A stretch of DNA of 20,000 nt, from contig JADIIX010000064.1 in NCBI GenBank assembly GCA_027604505.1, forward strand, positions 110,247-130,246, written 5' to 3'. Source of the stretch: Gonapodya sp. JEL0774. Lineage: Eukaryota. Shown one piece after another: positions 1 to 11,992 of the stretch. Below the pieces are notes generated by a model. The model saw nothing but the letters and a program-made list of their open reading frames with translations. It did no database searches and was not told where the DNA came from. Each line of letters starts with the position of its first letter. Positions within the stretch are counted from its first letter, which is position 1. Position numbers and translations under genes: made by a program.

Positions 1-177
1 ATGATGATGACTGTTCAAGTTTCTGCAACGTCACTCCAAGAGCATACGACAATGTCGTGTTACATCATATGATATGTACGTCAGAAATTAATGTGAGTCG
101 TATTAATTGTAATGATGTGACGAGACATGATAGAATCATACATTACACAATCTATTCTATATGTGTGTTCCATGCAT

Positions 178-1279
178 TTATCCCGCCTTACGTGACCTTT
201 TCACGCTCTCAATTTCCTCCTTCAATTTCCAGAAGATGTCATTGTCAAACTGATAGTCCAAAGTCCCACCGTACTTAATCTCGAGTTGGTCTGCATCAAT
301 GAGCTCCAGAATCTCCTTCTCGTTCCCCGTGACCTTCTCCGACCCTCCACCAGTTGAAATAAAAGATATTTTCGACGCTGTAACGGGGTCAAGGAACGGT
401 TTGACAAGCTGCAAGTGGATACGACGAAGTGCCACATTGTGAGGAGGAGTCACACCGGCACTGACGCAGAGAAAGCTGAGCTTACACTCCACAAAGTTCC
501 AAATATCCACGGTGCATCGACCATGAAGCATTTTCCGAGACGCTCAGGATAGTGATTTGTGAGGTAGCTCAGCGTGTCCATCGTCACACTCGAGGGAGGG
601 CGATTCGCCCAGGTGTATTCCCGCATGTCTTTGGTCATTATAGATATAGTTTTGTATATTTGTTTCGAACTGTGACATATTGGGAAACATGGAACTCACC
701 CATAATGATGCACATTTGCCCGACACCTGAACAAGAGAATTGAGGTGTATCCTTGAGTGCAATGCCTCACGAGTCGCAATAACAAAGCTTCGCGTACTCA
801 CCATCGGGCATGAGATTGATTGCGTATTCGGTGAGGGCCATCAAGAGACGGACGTTGAGATACGGATCTTTGACGATTCCACGCTTTTTGAGATACATAA
901 TTGGTCGATTGTGTTTGTCAAACCCGCAAAGGTAATTATTTCCAGAGCTTTCCTGTTCGACTTCCTCTTTTGTCACTGTATGTGGTTTGTACGTGACAAA
1001 TCGCCATTCCAGAGTTGCCTTTAGCATTGCCTCCGATTTTGAGAGGTTGAAGTTGCGAGCTCGCAAATATCGGATAACACAACTGGTGTCGCAAAAGTCT
1101 TTGAGCTCTTCTAAGTTGACCTCGGAGTGGGAAGCATGAAACTCGTCCAGTATTTTGGGGAGTACTTGAGATTCGAACTCCTCCAATCGTACCAGTTGCA
1201 AATCGGACAAGCCAGTTTTGGGATCGAACTTGCCGTCTGAGACAAAATTCTTCGGTACGGTGATCGGTATCGATGTCAT
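178..1279 (-). CDS. CRAL-TRIO (Sec14-like, Pdr16/Sfh-type) lipid-binding/transfer protein, 4 exons
   Basis: Exons 1279-802, 726-700, 628-486, 408-178 join in frame at GT..AG introns. Product has CRAL_TRIO_N motif (CVIRYLRARNFNLSKSEAMLKATLEWR), GFDKHNRPIMY, IIMD, NHYPERLG, APWIF, KPFLDPVTASKI and YGG. The start at MTSIPITVPK is inferred. Confidence 0.92.
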
Positions 1280-1429
1280 GGGTGATTGGCGGGAGAGGAT
1301 ATGGGGACGATAACAAAAGTGTGCGGAATATGTGGGGCAGTTCATTTCTCGAGATTTACCCGTCGGCAAGTAACCAGGAAGGAGCACGCAGCTACTTGCT
1401 CTGCGGCATCGCCACCCATCACACCAGCG
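1280..1429. promoter_or_regulatory. Putative bidirectional promoter/5'UTR region
   Basis: Only 150 bp separates the inferred divergent ATGs of the CRAL-TRIO gene (1279, -) and enkurin (1430, +). Confidence 0.5.
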
Positions 1430-2545
1430 ATGCTTCCAAAGACCAAACAAACTTCCTCTTATGCTCCATCCGCAATCATCTCATCATCGCAGGGCTTCAT
1501 ACCCCAGGACCCGTTTGATGAGTCTGTGTATCGCATCATTCCCGTTGAACACAGGGTGCCTCCCAAGCCCCCACTCTATCATTCAAAGTACTCGAATGAA
1601 GTGCGGGAGAAGTTCAAGATACCAAAGAAGCCACATGCAATCATGGGACCGGACAGACCCGAGGGCGCCGCGCTCTCACCGGACAACTTTTTGAGGAAGG
1701 GAGAAGGAGAGCGACGATTGGATGTGAAGGCAGGTGAGATCCACCTTACTTAGTCGCATCATGGAGTGTTGCTAGAGTAACTCAATCTCGATCCCTCTGA
1801 AATGCGTAATTGGCCACTTCCGACACAATAGCGTCCGGCAAAGGGGACCGCGACCGGACAATTCGAAAGGCACCTCTTCCAAACGAGGATGGAAGAGTAG
1901 CAAGCGCAGCCAACAAGGACTTCGTCAAGCTTAACGCTCTTGACAACATCAACTCAGGTTCGCTGGCAATAGTGCATGTTATGCTCCAGAAGTGCATTCA
2001 CACCCTCAACCGAACTATCAAGCACCGAAGAAGGTCCCAGTTCCTGCCCAACGATACGTAAACAAGCAAGACTATGGACGGAATCCTGAGTATCTTAGTA
2101 AGAGGAAGAAGGAAGCAGAGATTGCCCAGAAGGTGCCTATGACAAAACTCCATTTCGGATCTGACAACTTGTGGGCACCAAAACCGTCCTTGAACCTAAT
2201 TAATATTTCAGATGCTTTCCGAAGCTCGCGCCCACCAGCAGCACCAAGAAGTGCTCAGCACGGGACTGATGCCCCTCCCCGAGGAAGAACGTATCAAAAT
2301 TCTCGATGGTCTCAAAATGAACTGGAGCAAGCTCAACGAAGAATACGGCAAATTGAGTTTAACTGTGGATACTATCCCCAAAATTACTAGGTACATGCTC
2401 CCTGGTGAGAACTGGCAGATCTGACCTGACAAACACCACATGTTTTAGAAAAGTATCCATCGAGCAACGATTGAAACGTCTAGAAACAGACATTGCCAAA
2501 TTCTCACATGCAAATATTCTCGTCGACGTTTCCGGCGGGCGATGA
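1430..2545 (+). CDS. ENKUR: Enkurin (motile cilium/flagellum microtubule inner protein), 5 exons
   Basis: Exons 1430-1733, 1832-1957, 2023-2132, 2212-2390, 2449-2545 splice in frame. N-terminal ESVYRIIP..PPLYHSKY..MGP..SPDNFLRK, central KDFVKLNA and YVNKQDYGRNPEYL, and C-terminal EEERIKILDGLKMNW..LSLTVDTIPK..LETDI match the enkurin pattern as recalled. Confidence 0.88.
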
Positions 2546-2743
2546 TAGTATTAGGTTATGTTAGTTTTAAACGATATTTGTTCAACAGTACCGTTTATCC
2601 TCCTTATTTTTCTCCGAATTCAATTTATGGCGATGGCGTCGGTATTGCATTTGCGTCGTAATTATAAATTAGCTTGTTCAATGATGATGATGAATACAAT
2701 AATATCTTTGAAACCCACTTTCCAACACATTCAGAAGCAGAAG

Positions 2744-3142
2744 ATGTCATCTCGAACATCTCAAAAGCGCTCGTAAGCTGCTTCGCACTGTCATCTGCTC
2801 GTCCTGCATATCTCACGATCGTCCTCCCAGGAAAATTGACTGGTGCGCTGTTAGCAAGGTATAATTTCATTTGGATCATGCAACGCAATCGCGCTTCATT
2901 CCTTTCTAATACTCCCCCTCACTTAGACTGTCTTGTTTTTGGTAATAGCAGCATGGATTCTCTTGGTTCTGTACCTCGCATTTGAGGTCGGTCAATACAA
3001 ACCACTCCGGAGTGATCACTCCAGTTGATGGGATCTTACAATTCAGGCTATTGCCAGCGACACATTCTTTCAGTCTTTTCTTGTATTACTGTGTAATTTA
3101 TATCGTATGGTCCGTGTTGGAACAAGCTGTTGCGATATGTGA
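2744..3142 (+). CDS. Hypothetical small membrane protein (~62 aa), spliced with a 4-nt microexon
   Basis: Exons 2744-2772, 2855-2858, 2927-2986, 3047-3142 with GT..AG introns of 82, 68 and 60 nt and branch-like motifs give MSSRTSQKRSK-TVLFLVIAAWILLVLYLAFE-AIASDTFFQSFLVLLCNLYRMVRVGTSCCDM*. No homologue recognised. Confidence 0.35.
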
Positions 3143-3187
3143 TGATCTACACACTCCCAGTATCCACATACCCTTACTTCTCCGCCG

Positions 3188-4232
3188 ATGGCCGCTGCAG
3201 CCACGGGTCCGAAAAACTATGCAAAAATTGGCGAGGACTTATGGAAGTCGAGGGTCGACAAGATTGTGGGTCCCCGTTAGGTGTGGAAGAAGAACAGCGC
3301 TCATGTCTTCACTTCATCTTTCAAAATAACTTGGCTTCTCTCACTCATCTTGGCCACAAATAACGCTTATCGTTTCATGGATTGACCGATGAACATCCGA
3401 TATGGCTACAAAATGGGCGCATTCTCCTCATTTTCGACTGTCCCGCCATATCACATAACCCAGTCTGCAGAGCTCTTCACGCTCACCTACGGCTCCCTGG
3501 TAGCACAGCTCATGCGCGATCACCAGGACTATTCTGAAGTTAATCGACAATTGGAAAAGATGGGTTACAACATCGGCACCCGCTTGGTGGAAGATTTTGT
3601 CGCAAAGAGCGGCCTTGGAAGATGCCAGGATATGCGAGAAGCGGGCGAGGTGATAGCCAAGGTGGGTGAGAGTGGGGAATGGGAATACCAAATGGAAGAG
3701 AACACTGGAGTCGCGATGTGGGAGTTGTGCAAGGCGATACCCTCAGTTCCAGGGAGCATTTCCCACTATCCTTCGACCATCCAATTACAGCATTGCTTTT
3801 CTTTTAACTTTCTTGCACGCTTTCTAGGTGGCCTTTAAGGCATTCTTGAATATATCACCCTCGGTAACACAACCCACTGCCGACGTTCGGGAGGTTTCCC
3901 TCGTGTTTGATGAGAATCCGCTTGCAGACTACGTGGAGCTTCCTCAAGATGCGATGGGGGAACTTTGGTACTCGAATATTCTATGCGGGGTTGTGAGGGG
4001 AGCGTGTGAGATGGTAGGTGAACGTCGAATGGCGCTAAGAAGATCGGGTGCTCACTATGTTCACCTCCATCGTCCTGTTTGCATTATTGTGATTGTGATG
4101 TCGTGCTGGTAGCTGCAATTGGGTGTCACCGCAAATTTTGTTTCTGATAACCTGAGGGGAGATGATGTGACAGAGATGCGAGTTAAATTAGTTCGGATAT
4201 TAGAAGAAGAGATGCCACAGGGAGAAGATTAA
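3188..4232 (+). CDS. BET3: TRAPP complex subunit Bet3/TRAPPC3, 4 exons
   Basis: Exons 3188-3265, 3464-3661, 3828-4013, 4113-4232. Fungal N-terminus [39 protein letters not shown], the palmitoylated-Cys region [31 protein letters not shown] and C-terminal EEEMPQGED*. Confidence 0.97.
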
Positions 4233-4329
4233 ACTGCGAGTATGTATTTTAAGTTCCCATCGTTTCTGAGTGCTGAATACCGAGTCACCCCGACTGATGA
4301 GATCCAACTCGTCGTAACCTGCATAACTC

Positions 4330-7300
4330 ATGAGTTCAGACGGAGACCAGATGGACACAGAGAGCTCAACGTTGTCATCTAGTGGGAAAAGAAAGAGGAC
4401 AAACTCGACCCCTAATGACCTCTCCGCCAGAAAGAAAGAATTGAGACGAAACTCTCACCAAGACAGCGAAATGCAGGAGGAGGAAGACAATGCCAGCATA
4501 ATGGCGATCTCATCGGTGCATTACCCTCATGCGCATCAACCGAAATGGCAGTCCACCATTGAAATGCGGGTCAAATCGGTGGTATCTGTGAGATTTTCTC
4601 AGACGATGGCGTTCGGTGGGTGGAACCCGTGACGAGGTGCTTTTATGGTATGAAATCCATTCCGTTTAAACGCTCTTACCTTGTCACAGATACCGAGGGC
4701 CCTGATACGAGCGAAGCTTCTGGTTTCGTGGTGGATGCATCGTTGGGAATCATTCTCACGAACCGGCATGGTGCGTTACCTGTGAATGGGGACTGCTCTG
4801 AAGCTTGTAATGCGCTGGAAACCAACTATGCAGTCCGTTCTAGTGGCGTGCGCAGGACCTTTCGTGGGTGAGGTCATCTTCCATAACCATGAGGAAGTCC
4901 CGGTACGTGAGAGGTTCTCTAGCTTCCATCAAACCGATTCTCTGTCAGTTTCAATGTTTTCAATAATATGCTGACCTTTAATTGCTCTCGTATAGGTCCA
5001 TCCCATATACAGGGATCCTATACATGACTTGTTCGTTTTGTCCTTGTCGCCCGGACGTCAAACTTCTGACTCTGCTCTTATGATTCAGTGGATTTCTCCG
5101 ATACGACCCTTCAAAAATTCGTCATATGGAGGTCGAATCTATTCCATTGAGACCCGACTTGGCGCGTGTGGGCCTGGATATCCGGGTTGTAGGCAATGAT
5201 GCAGGAGAAGTAAGTCTGACTGTTTTTGTGTCAAAGACATGAAACTGCAAACCAAAAAGGAATGATTCGATAGAAACTCTCAATTCTTGCCGGGTCGATC
5301 TCTCGATTAGATAGAAATGCTCCAGAATATGGTGATCTCACTTACAACGACTTCAACACATTTTATCTCCAGTCGGCATCAAGTACCAGTGGAGGTTCGC
5401 CTTGCCTTGTTCGTTTACAGTGCATTGTGTTGTTTTCATATACTATCACCTACGTATTAGGTAGTTCGGGTTCCCCGGTCTTAGATATCGATGGTAATGC
5501 TGTTGCATTGCAGGCAGGTACGTAAATCTTCGTCACACGCTTAGTTCCAATAACTTCTCATGTATTATTGTACAACAGGTGGGCACACGAAGGCGGCAAC
5601 CGATTTCTTCTTCCCACTCGGACGTGTCGCGCGTGCGTTGGAGATTTTGAAGAAGCGGCAAATCCCATCTCGAGGATCTATCCAGACTCAGTTCATGTAA
5701 AATGCCTTCCTAGACAAGCGTTATGTTTCTGCAACTCATGATTGTCCATTAGGTATCGACCATTCGATGAAGTCCGGCGTCTCGGTACAAGGGAATCAAC
5801 TGAAGCATTGGTGCGCTCCCTCCACCCGACTGAAGTGGGCATGCTTGTCGCCGAGGCGGTTCTGCCGCTCGGTCCGGCTGCAGGAAAGCTGGAGGAAGGG
5901 GACGTCCTAACTGGTGTCAACGGTAAAGTTATTACCAAATTTGAGGAGCTTGAAGAGCTGCTGGACGAAAATGTTGGGCGAGAAATCGCCATAAAGATTG
6001 AAAGAGGAGGCGAGGAGATCGAAGAGGTCATTGTGGTGCAAGATTTACATTCAATGTGAGTTTTGATTCTTCCATCTCATGGAGCTCCTTGACATTTCTG
6101 TTTCTTTGATTCTTTCTCAGCACACCTGATCGTCTTGTAGAAATTGGTGGTGGCAAGGTGAACGACCTTTCGTACCAGCTTGCCAGGCAGTATGACGTTG
6201 CTGTACAAGGTGTTTTTGTCTCGGACCCCGCTGGCATGCTTCGATTGGATGGTTAGTATTAACTCTGTTAAGTCAAGGAAGCATCTATATTTGAATATGT
6301 TTTGAGAGTGGATTCATGGTCAACAGGCCCCGACAATGGATGGATCGTCACCTCCGTCGATGTAAGTGCATTCCGGCACTTACCATTATCTTAAGTAACC
6401 AGCTGTTGTCACTTCAAGTCCAAACCCACACCGAACTTGGATGCCTTTGTAGAGGCTATTGCCGCGGTTCCAGACCGGGAACGAATTCCCATTACTTTTT
6501 ATTCTATCGCTGATGTCCATTCTCAGTCTGTCAATGTCGTGACTGTTGAGCGGCATTGGACTGGATTTCGAGAGTGGCGACGAAACGGTGAGTCAGATAC
6601 CAAACGTCTCACCTCGACGTACCCTTTCGCATTTATGTTGCCACTTCGTGAAGATGCAAGCGGGCTGTGGATTCCACGATCTCTCGCACCACCACTCCCC
6701 GCCAAACCTCTCGAACCACGCACAGCGACATTCGCGTTTCCTGAAGATGTCGTCGGTCCAACAAAGGAGCTTCTGCGCTGCATGGTCCGATTGTCGTATT
6801 ACATGCCTGTCAGGTTAGATGGGTTTCCGAAAACACGAGTAAGTTGTGTTCGATTTCGATCGGCTGGTTTTCCGATTCAAAGTCTCAATTCGTACCCTCC
6901 GTGTGATAGAAAACCGGCGCAGGGCTGATAGTGGATGCAGAGAATGGTATCATTGTCGTTGGCAGGAATGTCGTCCCATTTGCATTGGGTGACATTTCCA
7001 TTACAGTGGCAGGTGCGAAGTGACCAACAGTAATATTACATCCCGAAGCACTCAACCAAGAATCATGTTGGTGCATAGACTCTGTCGTTATACCCGGCAA
7101 AGTTATCTTTCTTCACCCCACCCAAAACATATCAGTTGTAAAGTATGACCCAAAGCACTTGGGTAACACCCCAGTAATGTCTGCACCAATCAGTACCACA
7201 GAACTCACACAAGGGCAAACGACTAACCTTGTTGCATTTAACCACAACCACCGACCAATTTTTGTCGAGACGATTGTTTGTACCTCCTTTTTCTTTCACA

Positions 7301-8668
7301 TCATACTGGTTGTGATGTTGATTGTCGTTGTTTGTCCTTCAGGTCACCGACATCAGCGCTGTGACAATCCCACAGTCTTCTTCTCCTAGATTCCGATCTA
7401 TTAACTTTGACGCAATCACCGTGGATACGCCATTGGGGCAGCAATGTGGTTCTGGACTATTAGCAGATGCTAGTGGGAAAGTTCAAGGGCTCTGGCTCTC
7501 ATACTTAGGCGAGCGAACGCATAACGGACAGGATACCGAATGTACGATTGCCGATCCGCTGTTTTGTATCCTACGAGCCGTCCCATAGTTTCGCTCTCGG
7601 CAGATCATTTGGGGCTTTCGATATCCGCGATCAAGCCCTTAATTCCTTTCTTCTCCCGGGGAGAGATCCCAGTTTTGCGAGGTCTTTCGATGGAGGTCAA
7701 CACCCTTCAACTGTCGCAAGCTCGTCATATGGGGCTTACAGATGACTGGGTGGCCCGTGTTGAAGAGGCCAACTCCCAGAGACGACAGGTGTTTCTCGTT
7801 CGTCGATGTCAGACCGGAACTCCAACGGCCTCGGTGTTGAAAGATTTAGACTTGCTTTTGGCTATTGAAGGCAAAACAGTGACCAGGACATCGGAGCTCG
7901 ATCTCGGGCCGAACTTTCTAAATGATTCATTGGAAGTGGTGTGTACGAGTCCCATATTTGGACCATCACGCGACTCGATGCTGATTGCGCTGATTTGATG
8001 TACCGTTAGACCATTGTCCGCAAAAAGCAAATTATGACGCTACAAGTCCCTACGACGATTATGGATACTGTAGGAACTACTAGAGTCGTGTTCTGGGCTG
8101 GTGCCGTGCTGCATGGACCACACTCTGCAGTGCTTCTGCAGAGCAAACACTTACCCTCTGAGATATATGTGTCAGGGCGATCCAAAGGGTCGCCAGCGTA
8201 CATGTATGGACTCCAACCGACAACTTGGATTACAGGAGTCAATGGAACTAAAGTTACGACCCTGGATGAGCTCGTTGCCGTGATCAGAAATCTTGAAGAG
8301 GGCTCGTACGTGCGAGTCAAAACAATGAGTTTTGATCAGGTCAGTAGGTTGACCTTTACAACAGAAGCTGTGTCGATTCCACGCTTTGGGGTGACAGGGG
8401 TTATAAGTCTCGTCCGTGCTGAAACTTAGCGGCTTCCTCCTCTCAGGTTCCCGTTGTCCTTTCTCTAAAAATGAACTTCCACTATTTTCCTTCTGCCGAT
8501 TGGAAAAGGGACGACACAGAAGACTGTGGTGAGGATCTGTCAGTTTATGCTATGCTTATCCCGCCTTTGATAACGTGTGGTTACCTAGGCTGGAAAAAAA
8601 CTTCTTTAAATACCGTAGTTGGCGCGGACGGAACAATGAGCGGTGGTGCAATAGATCCATTTTGCTGA
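4330..8668 (+). CDS. NMA111: Nma111/Ynm3-type HtrA-like serine protease with PDZ domains, about 20 exons
   Basis: Catalytic motifs ILTNRHV (His), YRDPIHDFG (Asp) and GGSSGSPV (Ser), plus GNDAGEKLSILAG and YNDFNTFY. Followed by PDZ-like segments, a second degenerate protease domain and C-terminal [13 protein letters not shown]. Basic NLS-like KRKR..RKKELRR at the N-terminus. About 19 short GT..AG introns traced by eye. Confidence 0.95.
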
Positions 8669-8730
8669 AACATAGTATTCCTTGCATATTCATCCGCTCC
8701 CCCGTCTTAGAGGCAGGGCCGCATTTCGAA

Positions 8731-8760
8731 GCTACGATTAGAAAAGCTACGATTAGAAAA
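8731..8760. repeat. 15-bp perfect tandem duplication (GCTACGATTAGAAAA x2)
   Basis: Directly visible in the short gap between NMA111 and the HIT gene. Confidence 0.9.
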
Positions 8761-8787
8761 TTGAATAGTTGATTGCTTGAACTGGCG

Positions 8788-9806
8788 ATGTCTCGTGTGT
8801 CCGAACTGTGGTCAGCGTGCTATGAAAAGGAATCGGAAGCAGAGTTGATCAGGCAATTCAGAAACGAATCACTCAACCACCCATCACACAGTGTCAGTAA
8901 ATCGATGACTTCTAGTGAAGAAACGCATAATGGAGTTGGAGTGTATGGCAGCGGGGAGTGAGTATGAACAATCAGTGGCATCAATGGTTCTTGGTGACAG
9001 ATTCATTTTGCTCCCCCGTGGCCCTGTCGCCCACCACCCACTTAGTCCCAACACTGTTTCTGCATTCGACCCTGAACCCGACTCTCCTCCTCCTAATCCA
9101 CCACTCCATCCGCTTCCGACATCACTCCCTGCCCGTCTCACTCCAAAGGACGAGCTTGTGGCTCCTAACCCTCGCTGTGTATTTTGTGGGATTGTTGGTG
9201 GAAAAATACCAGCTTACAAATTGTACGAGGATGAATATTGCTTAGCTGTGAGTGAAACTCTTGCAGCAGTCACAAGCACGCGGTTTTGAGCTCATTCGAT
9301 AGTGGTGATCTTGATGAACCTTTCTCAAGTTTTTGGTGAGTCTGTGAATTGAAGCTGCTGTGATTTGGGCTTGCCTTCCGGTAACACTTGGAGAATCTTA
9401 TAGGACCATATGCCTTTGTCGGATTGTCACGTCCTTGTCATACCCCGGCACCACTATGAAGGGCTTCGAGACCTACCTGATGCCATAGCTGGTCACATTG
9501 GCAGTGTTCTGCCAAAGCTATCGCGCGCTGTGTCCAAGGCTACTGGAAAGAAGGATTTCAACCTGCTCCAGAACAATGGAGCTTCAGCCGGGCAGGTTCG
9601 TGGGCTTCCTTGTGGTGGTTTTCTACTCACGGTTTCCGTTCTCAACCGTATTGTCACCTTGTAAGGTGGTTTTTCACGCTCACTTCCACATCATTCCACG
9701 AGAGCCGGTAGATACTGGGAGATTCCGAAGAGGAATGATCCCTCGGCGAAAAATCAAGCGAGAGGATGCCGAGCACTGGCAGAAAAAGGTCAAAGCAAAT
9801 CTTTGA
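8788..9806 (+). CDS. HIT-family (Hint-like) nucleotide hydrolase with Pro-rich N-terminal extension, 5 exons
   Basis: Exons 8788-8794 (inferred), 8916-9247, 9330-9335, 9404-9595, 9666-9806. Motifs CVFCGIV, AFLDHMP..HVLVIPRHH, NNGASAGQVVF and the histidine triad HAHFHIIPR. Confidence 0.9.
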
Positions 9807-10055
9807 CCCGTTACTCTACCATTTTAAAGCAAGTGGATCATAAATTTAATTATGTACGGCAATGGGACTGTTTTGTGAAAGATAAAGTCATTTTAGTACA
9901 CAAGAACGATGGAGCTCTCTCCCCCTTTCTCCTCTCTTACAGCTCCAATGGTGTGGCCCGTGGTTCCGGGTTCCGCAATCGTCCCCAGTCTCTTATCCAA
10001 CCCCCCCGCTGCTCACTTGGAAATGGCCATTCACGGGGTCAGCACCTGAAAGCTT

Positions 10056-10080
10056 GGTGTGAGGACTGGTGTGAGGACTG
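10056..10080. repeat. 12-bp tandem duplication (GGTGTGAGGACT x2)
   Basis: Directly visible in the intergenic DNA. Confidence 0.85.
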
Positions 10081-10314
10081 AATTGTAACTATGGGTACGT
10101 AACCTTTGTAGTTTGAAACCAGAAATAAATCAAACACTCCTTGTGCTCTACCTGGCTTCTCAAAACATTTTCCACCTACGCGGTGCCCAGTTCACACAGT
10201 TCACAGATGTGAGACCGCAGCCACAGTCACAATTGTGTGTCTTCGGAATCGACGGGTGCGAAATTCCGACACATCATACAACCCATTCCATTCAGCGAAC
10301 TCGTTCCAATATCG

Positions 10315-11865
10315 ATGGCTGCTGTAATCCCCATCCCGGAGCGGTACCAAAACATCTCGACTCTCCAGGTCGGCGGACTTCGTAAGATCATGGCTGAAGC
10401 AGCATTCTGACGCCCCCACGTTCCCCATTGTGCTCTCAACTTTAGGTCGAGTTTGCTGCGGAATATGTCCTCCATGTTAAACTGTGGGTACTTCCTGTCC
10501 AGACACTCTGTTTCGGGGTTTCACGAGATTGAATCGTTGTCCTGCGGTCGTTTCAGAAACCGCCCGGACAGCCTCAATTCCTTTAATCCACAGTGAGCTC
10601 TATTGTGATGTGTCTATCCGTGGCTACGTTCTGATTGAGAAAGTTGGTCGCATCGCGAATAGGATGTGGAAGGATATCGCTTACGTCTTTGAAACGATTG
10701 GTACGTTTCCTAAACATAGCTGTTTCGTCAGAAATACCCTCCTGAGCATTTGCCTTTAGCTGAGGATGGGGATGTCAGGGCTGTAGTCTTGAGCGCGAAT
10801 GGTCGGATTTTCAGCGCTGGTCTGGATATCAGTGAGTTGTTCACTTTCAAGCAAACTGAGTTTCTGCAATGCGCTTTAACTGTTGGTGACTCTTTTTCAC
10901 AGAGGCCACCCCGTTTAACGCTCGCGCTGCTCCTGTTGATTCGGCGAGAGCTGCGTACCGGGGTCGCAGACGGTACCTCTCTGACATTATCGGAACTCTC
11001 CACACAGCCACCACGTGCGGCAGTACGTTGAGTTTCACTTTGAACGTTTTCTTCACTCTCTGATGGCGAGGATCTTTTCGCGTAGAACCTGTCATTGCTG
11101 TCGTTCACGGAACCTGTGTTGGTGCAGGGTTGGAGGTGCGTTCTGTTGAAGGTTGGACGACCTGCAAGGGGAACTAAAGCTGATGTTACATTTTGTTTGC
11201 AACAGTTTATTTCCGCTTGTGACGTGCGTTACTGTGTCAAAGATACACGGTTCACCCTCAAGGAAGTGGACGTGGGCATTCCCGCAGACGGTGGAAGCTT
11301 GCAGAGGCTTCCAAAGGTGAGCCCCCCCGTTATGTGCATGATTGTGATTATTCGCTCCGACGAGACAAACCCAACTTCGCACTCTGCAGATTTCGGGCAA
11401 CGACTCCTTCATCCGTGAGATTGTGTTCTCTGCCCGCTTCTTTAGTGCAGAAGAGGCCCTGCAGTTCGGTGTAGTAAGCAAGGTTTGCGACACCAAAGAT
11501 GCTGCGCTCAGTGAGTCTATCGGCGCGAGTTCTGCGTTTTCCATCTTCACTCACTCATTGTGTGCGAAACTGCCACAGCGGCCGCTCTCGATCTCGCGAA
11601 GCTTATCGCGTCCAAATCCCCGACTGCCGTCTCTGGTTCCAAAGAGGTGATGAACTACTCTCGAGGCAGACCTCTCGAGGACGGTTTTCTGTACGGTGCA
11701 ACGTTGAGCGGCTTTGCCAACTTGTCTGCGGTGGGTTTCGCTCCATGTTTTATAGCCACTTTCGAAGGTGGCACGATTCTTATCGTCTCCTGATCTCCGC
11801 AGGATATGGCCATTGCCGCAAATGCCGCCGCGAAGAAAGTAGTCCCCAAGTTTGCAAAGCTGTAA
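10315..11865 (+). CDS. ECH1: Peroxisomal delta(3,5)-delta(2,4)-dienoyl-CoA isomerase-like crotonase-family enzyme, 11 exons
   Basis: Spliced product MAAVIPIP..VLHVKLNRPDSLNSF..FSAGLDI..KPVIAVVHGTCVGAGLEFISACDVR..KEVDVGIPADGGSLQRLPK..KSPTAV..PKFAKL*. KEVDVGxxADxGxLQRLPK is the ECH1 signature and the terminal AKL is a PTS1. Confidence 0.9.
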
Positions 11866-11992
11866 TTTTAGTTTTATTACGAACAAAGCGACCCTCTGAA
11901 TTTGAGACCGTCCAAAACAAAACATTAACCCTGGATGCAATCTGTCGACGCTCCCAACCATCAGTTTTCTCACGCAGCTGTAACATTAAACC

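Noticed and set aside
1364..1382. Possible RFX X-box upstream of enkurin (GTAACCAGGAAGG)
   Set aside because: Only the GTNRCC half matches; the RGYAAC half is absent.
3003..3022. Overlapping palindromes CACTCCGGAGTG and GGAGTGATCACTCC
   Set aside because: They are short and isolated, with no supporting context for a function.
3266..3463. snoRNA in the longer BET3 intron 1
   Set aside because: No convincing C/D boxes or H/ACA structure could be seen by eye.
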